A stretch of 64,000 nt of DNA from Squalus acanthias (Eukaryota): contig CM059441.1 of the NCBI GenBank assembly GCA_030390025.1, positions 52,700,001-52,764,000 on the forward strand, written 5' to 3'. Below the pieces are notes generated by a model. The model saw nothing but the letters and a program-made list of their open reading frames with translations. It did no database searches and was not told where the DNA came from. The translations under genes were made by a program, and so were the position numbers. Positions 22,765 through 64,000 of this stretch are shown here, in pieces (positions within the stretch are counted from its first letter, which is position 1; every line of letters starts with the position of its first letter).

Positions 22765-25700
22765 TTAGGAGGTGTGGATGAGACGGTGCGGCAGTCTGAT
22801 GGGCCGGCCGGAGCGGCTCTTGTGGGACGCCGGGGAACGTGGAACGGCCGGGCGTGGAGCAGCCAGGTGAACTGGCTTGAGTCGATCAACCGACACTTTT
22901 TCGGTCCTGTTGCCCACTTGCAGGGTGAAAAATTTGTCCCCAGCCTGTAGCACCTTGTAGGGCCCGTCGTACGGGGGTTGAAGGGGTCCACGGTGGGCGT
23001 CGTGCCGGACGAAAACGAACCGTGCCTGGTGCAGGCTTAGTGGGACGTGTGAGGTGGATTTGCCGTAATGGGCACCGGGGCGAACTGTAGCGCCGGTGAG
23101 GCGAAGTCGTGGCGTTGCTGATCGGCTGACCAGGGTGTCGTGGCGGTGGGCAGGAACTCGCCGGGTATGCGCAGCGGCTGGCCGTACACGAGCTCTGCTG
23201 CCGATGCATGGAGGTCTTCTTTAAACGCGGTATCCAGGCCGAGGAGGATCCATGGGAGTCGGTCGGTCCAGGCGCCGTCCTGGAGGCTGGCTCGAAGAGA
23301 TGCCTTCAAGGTTCTGTGGAACCGCTCACACAGTCCGTTGGCTTGGGGGTGGTACGTTGTGGTGCGGTTAATGGTCACCCCGAGATTGCGTGCGACGGTG
23401 GTCCAGAGTTCAGAGGTAAATTGCGGACCTGTGTCCGACGTCATGTCGGAGGGGATGCCAAACCGTGTGACCCAGGTGCTGACGAAGGCTCTGGCGATAT
23501 CAGCGGTGGTGGTAGAGGTCAGTGGAATTGCCTCGGGCCAGCGCGTGGTGCGGTCAACGATCGTCAGCAAGTGCGTGTGGCCTTGCAACGGCGGCAGGGG
23601 CCCGACCATGTCCACGTGGATGTGGTCGAATCTACGCAAAGGAACGGTAAACTCCTCGAGGGGTGCTTTCGTGTGTTGCTGCACCTTGGTTCATTGGCAG
23701 GCTAGGCAGGAGTTGGCCCAAGTACGCACATCCTTGCAAAGGCCGCGCCAGACAAAGCGGTTGGCTACCAATTTGATGGATGCGCGGGCGCCGGGGTGGG
23801 AGAGGTTGTGAAGAATCTCGAATACCCGGCGGCGCCAGGACGCTGGGATGACGGGCTGAGGTTGACATAGGGATATGTCACACTTGACCGTGACTGCGGT
23901 CGGGCCCCAGGCGATGTCGGCCAGGCATAGCCCTGGTAGGTTGGTAGATGCGGAGAGCAGATCAGGGTCGGTGATCTGGTCTGCTGCGAGTTGAGCGTAG
24001 TCGACTGCCAGGTGTGCGGCATGGATGGCGGGGCGGGAGAGGCAGTCGGCTACCACATTGTCTTGGCCGGAGACGTGTTGGATGTCCGTGGTGAACTCGG
24101 ACACTACCGCGACCTGGCGCTGCTGCCTGGCGGACCAGGGGTCGGTTGTCTTTGCCATTGTGAATGTCTGGTTTGTGGTCGACAAACGCAGTGAAGGGGT
24201 GGCCCTCCAGCAAAAACCGAAAATGGCGGACCGCCAGGAACAACGCGAGGAGCTCGCGGTCGAAGCTGCTGTACTTGACCTCCGGGGGGCGTAGTTGGCG
24301 GCTGAAGAAGGCAAGTGGTTGCCAGGCGCCATCGACCCACTGCTCATACATGGTCGGAGGCGTCCGTGGTGAGCGCTACCCTGGCATTGGGCCGTGGGTG
24401 CGCGAGCAGGGTGGCATTGGTGAGCGTGTTCTTGGTGGAGTCGAAGGCGGCTGACACGTCTGCCGTCCATTCAACCGCCATCTTGCCGCTCATGCCCTGG
24501 AGGGCTTCATACAGGGGCCTCATGAGGGACGCCGCTTTGGGGATGAAGCGGTTGTAGAAATTCACCATCCCGAGGTACTCCTGAAGGGCTTTGATGGTGG
24601 TGGGGCGGGAAAATTGTTGGACGGCCTGCCCCTTGGTGGGCAGGGGAATGGCCCCAGCATGGGTGATGTGGTGGCTGAGGAAGTCGATCTTGTCCAGGCC
24701 GAACTGGCATTTGGCTGGGCTGAGGATGAGCCCGTGGTCGCTGAGGCGCCCGAACAGGATGCGAAGGTGTTCGAGGTGTTCCTGCTTGGAGGAACTGGCT
24801 ACCAGGATGTCGTCCAGGTAGACGAACAGGAACTTCAGGTCCCGAAGGACCGAGTCCATGTGCTGTTGGAATGCCTGTGCTGTGTTTTTGAGGCCGAAGG
24901 GCATCCGCAGGAATTTGAAAAGGCCGAAGGAGGTGATTACGGCTGTCTTGGGGACGTCCGCGGGGTGGACGGGGACTTGGTGGTAGCCGCGCACCAGGTC
25001 GACCTTGGAAAAGACCGAGAGGCCGGCCAGTCTAGCTGAGAAGTCCTGGATGTGCGGCACGGGGTACCAATCAGGGGTGGTGGCGTCGTTGAGGCGGCGG
25101 TAATCCCCGCAGGGGCACCAACCCCCGTCTGGTTTGGGGGCGATGTGGAGTGGGGAGGCCCAGGGACTGTTGGAGCAGCGGATGATGCCGAGCTGTTCCA
25201 TGGTGGCAAACTTGGTCCGCGCGATCTCCAGTTTGGTTGGGTCCAGCCTGCGGGCGTGGGCGTGGGCGTGGGCGTACACTGGGGGGCCTGTGGTGGGGAT
25301 GAATTGTTCCACCCCGCGTTTGGCGGCCTCCGCGGAGAAGGTCAGATTGGTAAGGGCCGGGAATTCGGCCAGGAGTGCTGAGTAGTCATCCGTGGCCCGG
25401 GCGTGGCACTGTGACGCCATGTCGGCGGGTTGACGGGGGGCCATAGCGTCCAGGATGGGGGACATGGTGTTCATGTCCACGAGGCAGTGTCGAGGGATGT
25501 CTACCAGTAGGCCGTGGGCGCACAGGAAATCTGCGGCGATGAGAGGGGAGAGCACCTTGGCAGTGATGAACTCCCATCGGTAGTGGCGACCAGCGAGGTC
25601 GAGGGTGACTATGCGGGTGCCGTACGTCGGGATGTCCGAGCTGTTAGCAGCAGCCAGCGCCGGTCCTCGTGTGCCCTTTTGGATGTCGAGGGAGGAGGTC

Positions 25701-26494
25701 GCGATGAAGCTGTGCTGAGCTCCAGTGTCGCACAGGAACCGGCGGCCGGTTTTGTCATCCGTGACGTACAGCAGGGAGCCCGTGTGGCCCACGGCCATCG
25801 CGGGGGCTGGTACAGGGGCGGACGTGAAAGCGCAGGGAGGTGTGCACCGTTGTGCCCTGGCGACGAACCGTGCATGGTAGTAACAGTGGCCTGGGTTAGT
25901 GGGGCGCGAAGGACCCGTGAGCCCGTTGGCAGGCCCTTGTGGCCGCGTGGTGGCCGGTGAGGGGCACGCCCAGGCAGTGGCTGCCAGGTCCGGAGTGACG
26001 TCGCGGCTAGAGTGAGCAGACAGCAGCTTGTCGGCCTCATCGGCTAGGGCTTCCAGGTCCGTGAGGCCGGACGCCAGAATCGCTGGGCGGATGCTGAGAG
26101 GTAGCTGGCGGATGAACAGCGTGCGGAAGAGGGATCCGGGTGGGCTCTCGTCAGTGAGGGAGAGCATATGGGAGAGGAGGTCTGACGGTGAGGCATCACC
26201 GAGGCCTGGAAGGTTGAGGTGGTGGCAGTTTCACTGGTATGTCGAGGCCGTAAATTTTTTGAGGAGCGCGGCCTTAAAATGTGCATACTTGCCCCCCTCT
26301 GGTGGGTTCTGCAGCGCTGTCCAGACCTTCGTAACTGTGGAGCTACCGAGTGATGTGACGAGGAAGTCGTACTGCGTCCCATCTGTGGTGATTTGTTGCA
26401 GCCGGAATCGGGACTCGGCTTGGAGAAACCAGGCTTCGGGCTGGTTTTACCAAAACTCCGGCAGTTTCACGGAAACTGCGTTCGTGTCCGCCAT
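22765..26494 (-). pseudogene. Gypsy gag-pol with stops and frameshifts
   Basis: MADTNAVSVKLPEFW*NQPEAW start at 26494, C-X2-H-X9-C-X3-C (CYYHARFVARAQRCTPPC), CDTGA, YLDD, TTDAS, integrase HVDMVGP...SDTG...CER. Split over several ORFs. Confidence 0.88.
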
Positions 26495-26520
26495 TGCAGT
26501 GCTCGGAATACGTTCTGAGC

Positions 26521-26533
26521 ATCGGGGTCACCA
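26521..26533 (-). promoter_or_regulatory. Primer-binding site (tRNA-Trp type)
   Basis: Minus strand TGGTGACCCCGAT, 1 nt after the 5' LTR. Matches the start of the tRNA-Trp PBS known from avian leukosis/sarcoma viruses. Confidence 0.75.
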
Positions 26534-27319
26534 ATGTTGTGGCTGCCGCGGAGCACGAATTGAGGCCGAGTCAACATGTGAAACACATAGCTTTTAATCA
26601 CAACTCTGGTCAAAATGGCTGCAGCCACATTTCTCTCCAAAACCCAGAGGCCCGGCCCACTCCTTTTCTCCTGCCTTAAAGGCAAGGTGCCTTTAAGGCA
26701 AGGTGCCCGATTTATTGTCCACGGACGGAAAAGTGAATTGCGCCCATTTAGGTGGCGATCCGCCACAACATCACATTTAGTATTGACTCAAAAGGGTCAC
26801 TGGGGTTGGAACCTCTTGTTCCGCTTTTCTTTATATTCGGAAGATTGAACAGTTGTGTGAAAGCGAGTTTCATTCACCATGTTTGTAAATCCCGTTGTTC
26901 TTTTGCGGATATTTTACATTAGAGGCAGAAGGTATCAGATGTGATATCGGGAAACACAAATGGACCTGAGCGACAGTTTCGTCTGCGTCTCCTTTTTCAC
27001 CAGACCCAGTCATATAGGCCGCCAACTAAAGGGGAATTGTCCGTGGATCGGCTCTCTACCCCTGTATAGTCCAGGGAGAGGAACACTCGGGGACGCTGTT
27101 AAAGTGAATAAACCAAAGACTGAGACTCTGTTCAGAGTGAGATCATTATAGCTTCAGTACCAGGGGAACCACTGGAACCATTCTGGGGCCGATCACTGAT
27201 ATTAAGCTCCAGCTTTAGTGCGTGTAAGGGACGAAGGGAATTCTACCGGGTGAATAACAATCACGGTATTTATCCGGAAAGGAGAATGATTTCATATTAA
27301 CGTGATACATATAATTACC

Positions 27320-29040
27320 TTAATATGTTATAATTTAAAGCAAATGCTGCTCTAATGTGTGAGGTGACCCATAAAGAGGGAAAATGGGGCATCCAAAACT
27401 AGAGCTCCCTGGATGACAAAGGAAATAGAGATGAAAATAAAACAGAAAACTGAGGTTTATAACAAAAGTAAGGTACAGAATACAATTGAAAACCAGGCAG
27501 AATACAGAGAGTGCAGAGGACAATTGAAAAAGGATATATGAGTGAAGAGAGAGTATGAGAAAAGATTAGCTTGTAATGTAAAAGGGAACCCGAAAATCAT
27601 TTATAAACGTATAAAAAGTGAAAGGATAGTTAAAGGAATGGTGAGGCCGATCAGGGGCAAAGAAGGAAATATTCTCGTGGAGGCAGAGGGCATGACTGAG
27701 CTAATGAATGAATACTTTGCATCCATCTTCACAAAAGAAGAGGATGAAGTTAATGTCGGAGTAGAGGAGTGGGGAGTAGAGATATTGGATAAGATAAAAA
27801 GGTTAGAAAGGAGGTGCTAAATATGTTGGCACCACACAAAGTTAACAAGTCACTCGGTACAGATGGGATGAATCCTATGTTGCTAAGGGAAGCTAGGATA
27901 GAGATAACAGATGCTCTGACCACAATCTGTCAATGTCCTTGGATATTGGAGTGGTGCCAGAGGGCTGGAGGATTGCAAATGCCACACAACTGTTCAAAAA
28001 AGCGGAGAGGGATAAACCAGGAAACTACAGGCCAGTCAGTCTAACGTCAGTGGAGGTTGGAAAAAAACTACTGGAGACCATTGTCAAGCACAAAATTAAT
28101 TCTCACTTGGAATGGCATAGGTTAATAATGGACAGCCATCACATATTAGTTAAAGGTAATTCGTGTCTGACTAACCTGATTGAGTTATTTGATGAAGTAA
28201 CAGAGATGGTTGATGAAGGTACTGCAGTACATGTTGTATCTTTGGACTTTCAAAAGCCATTTAATAAAGTACCTCACAGAAGATTCATTCCGAAAATAGA
28301 CGCTCATGATATTACAGGGACGATGGTAACTTGCGTAGTACATTGGCTAAGGAATAGGAGGCAGAGAGTAGTGGTGAAGGGATTTTTCTCTGACTGGATA
28401 GAATAATGAAGTGGGGTCCCCCAGGGGTGGGTATTAGGACCATTGCTTTTCTTGCAATCTATAAATGACCTGGACTTGGGTATAGGGAATACAATTTCCA
28501 ATATTGCGGGCGATATACATTTACGCAACGTATTAAATAGTGAGCATGATTGTAGCAGAATTCAGAAAATCATAGACATACTGGAGAAATGGGCAGACGC
28601 ATGGAAAATACAATTTAACGTGGCTAAGTGTGAAATGTTGCACTTTGAGAGGAATAATATGGAGAGACCGTATAATCTAAATGGTACTATTCTGAGGGGT
28701 GCAAGAACTGAGGGAACTGGGGAGCATATTGACAAATCTTTGAAGGCGACTGGGTAAGTTGAGAGGGTGGTTAAGAAAGCGTATGGGATACTTGGCTTTG
28801 TAAATAGGGGCATTGAATATAAAAAACTAGGAAATAATGCTAAAACTTTACAAATCTTTGGTTATGCCTCAGCTGGAGTATTGGGTACAATTCTGGGCAC
28901 CACACTTTAGAAAGGATTATCGGGTTATAGGCAAAAAGCTGGGGATGTGAAACTAAATTGAACAGCTTTTTCAAAGAGGTGTAAATTCACAGGTGTAACG
29001 GGCCGAATGGCCTCCTTCTGTTCTGTGTGATTCTGTGATC
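27320..29040 (+). mobile_element. Decayed CR1-type LINE ORF2
   Basis: GNYRPVSLTS, SCLTNLIELF, LDFQKPF, WADAWKIQFN pieces. 3' end GGGCCGAATGGCCTCCTTCTG with a TTCTGTGA tail. Confidence 0.85.
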
Positions 29041-29360
29041 CGGATGCGGGGTCGGTGACTCATTTCCTTTATCAGACTCACGCACCTCAACGGCAGTGGA
29101 TGGAACCTGGGCTCTTTGCATCTATTAATGGGCAGGTTCCATCTCATTGGTGTATTTTACCAAACTGCAATTCACGGTTAGCACCTTTCAACATCTATTG
29201 CTTATTTTGAAAGAAACATTGGTTTCTGTACAAACTGTTATCAAAGAATTAAGTTCCAGTTCAGTCGGGGTGTCGGAAGGTGCAGGAGGGCCCGCTCGGT
29301 ATCTGCGAACAGCATTCGGTTAATGTTCAGGTCCCGTCGCTGTAACCGGCTCCGGGGACG

Positions 29361-63179
<33,819 letters not shown>

Positions 63180-64000
63180 GTGAGGCTCAAATCTTACCGC
63201 TGAACTAACACTTGATCTCAGATCGCTTCATATCCTGGCGAGTCTCCAGTTCATTGCACTATTCCATAGAGTGTCACGTGGTATTGTTCGAAATAAATCT
63301 GAATCCGCTTTTGGCGAATTGTTCCATTCAATGTGCTGCCCGAATTAGTAAAATGGGACATTTAAAATGGAGAGTTATTTAAAGTGTCCACATTCACTGT
63401 CCCAGTTCATCAGCCGGTACATGAGATTCCAGAAGAATTTACTTGCTGCAACAATGGGACAGAAAGTTTATTGAACTGTTTGGGCTGTGCGCTCAGTTAT
63501 TTATTGGTCTGTTATTCTTCCTTTATCCATTGGGTATCCGTTCCACCCCTTCAGTTTCTGGGTCCGGATGCCCAATCTCGAACTCTCTGACCGGGTTCTG
63601 TCCACCATTTTGAGAGGTGCCAGTTTTATCGGACTTTCTGCATTCTCCGGTGATTATTCTGCATCCCAACACAACTATTCCACTCATATCTCACCCACCC
63701 AACACACTCCTGCTCTGTGTACACAGCAAGGCTCCTCTCACACTGACGGGACATGCCAAAGAACCATCAGCTCCTCACTCGCGCTTCCAAACTGATGCTG
63801 TCCGCAGAGATCAGTCAACTTCACCCAGCTTCTCTTCAGCTGAACTCCCCGTGTGGCCCCGTAACCGAGCGATCAACTGGAGCTCATTTCTCCTGATACC
63901 CCTTCATTCCGTCTTCCCGAGGTCAATACAACTGGCCGCAGTCTGCTGGAGGTGAACATGTGTCTATACAGAGACACAGACACACACACGGAATCACACA

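Larger units (their letters stand above)
22528..26770 (-). mobile_element. Full-length but decayed Ty3/Gypsy retrotransposon, CsRn1-like clade
   Basis: LTRs at 22528-22746 and 26535-26770 (TGTTGTGGC...GCCACAACA), TCACAT direct repeats on both flanks, a tRNA-Trp-type PBS TGGTGACCCCGA and a PPT AGGGGGGAGC. Confidence 0.92.

Noticed and set aside
63384-63590. Cytoplasmic exon of the SRCR gene (QPVHEIPEE)
   Set aside because: No convincing phase-compatible splice sites or Tyr motif. The cytoplasmic exons probably lie beyond the window.

Overview
This is repeat-rich vertebrate genomic DNA. It is most likely from a cartilaginous fish, inferred from an HE1-type tRNA-derived SINE sharing its 3' tail with CR1/HER1-type LINEs and from abundant Penelope-like pieces. 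(1) 1-19 kb: a near-identical duplication with a period of about 13.49 kb surrounds an env-less, retrovirus-like LTR element on the minus strand. The element has 1.69-kb LTRs and a CCHC gag joined in frame to pol by a UGA-CUAG stop. Its pol is intact, with PR, RT, a degenerate RNase H tether, a second complete RNase H and IN. The second copy is a solo LTR with a GGGC target-site duplication (TSD). (2) 22.5-26.8 kb: a decayed CsRn1-clade Gypsy element. (3) 29.36-63.18 kb: a + strand multi-exon CD163/WC1/SCART-like receptor with signal peptide, 7 SRCR exons, linker, stalk and a TM exon containing a Glu; its cytoplasmic exons were not identified. Its 13.6-kb first intron holds a tandem array of about 1.37-kb units with a strongly conserved core, invaded by Penelope-derived mini-elements carrying minimal hammerhead ribozymes, a SINE and a CR1 LINE. 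The rest is nested LINE (CR1, L2-like, RTE), Penelope and minisatellite sequence. All alignments were done by eye, so decayed-repeat boundaries are approximate.
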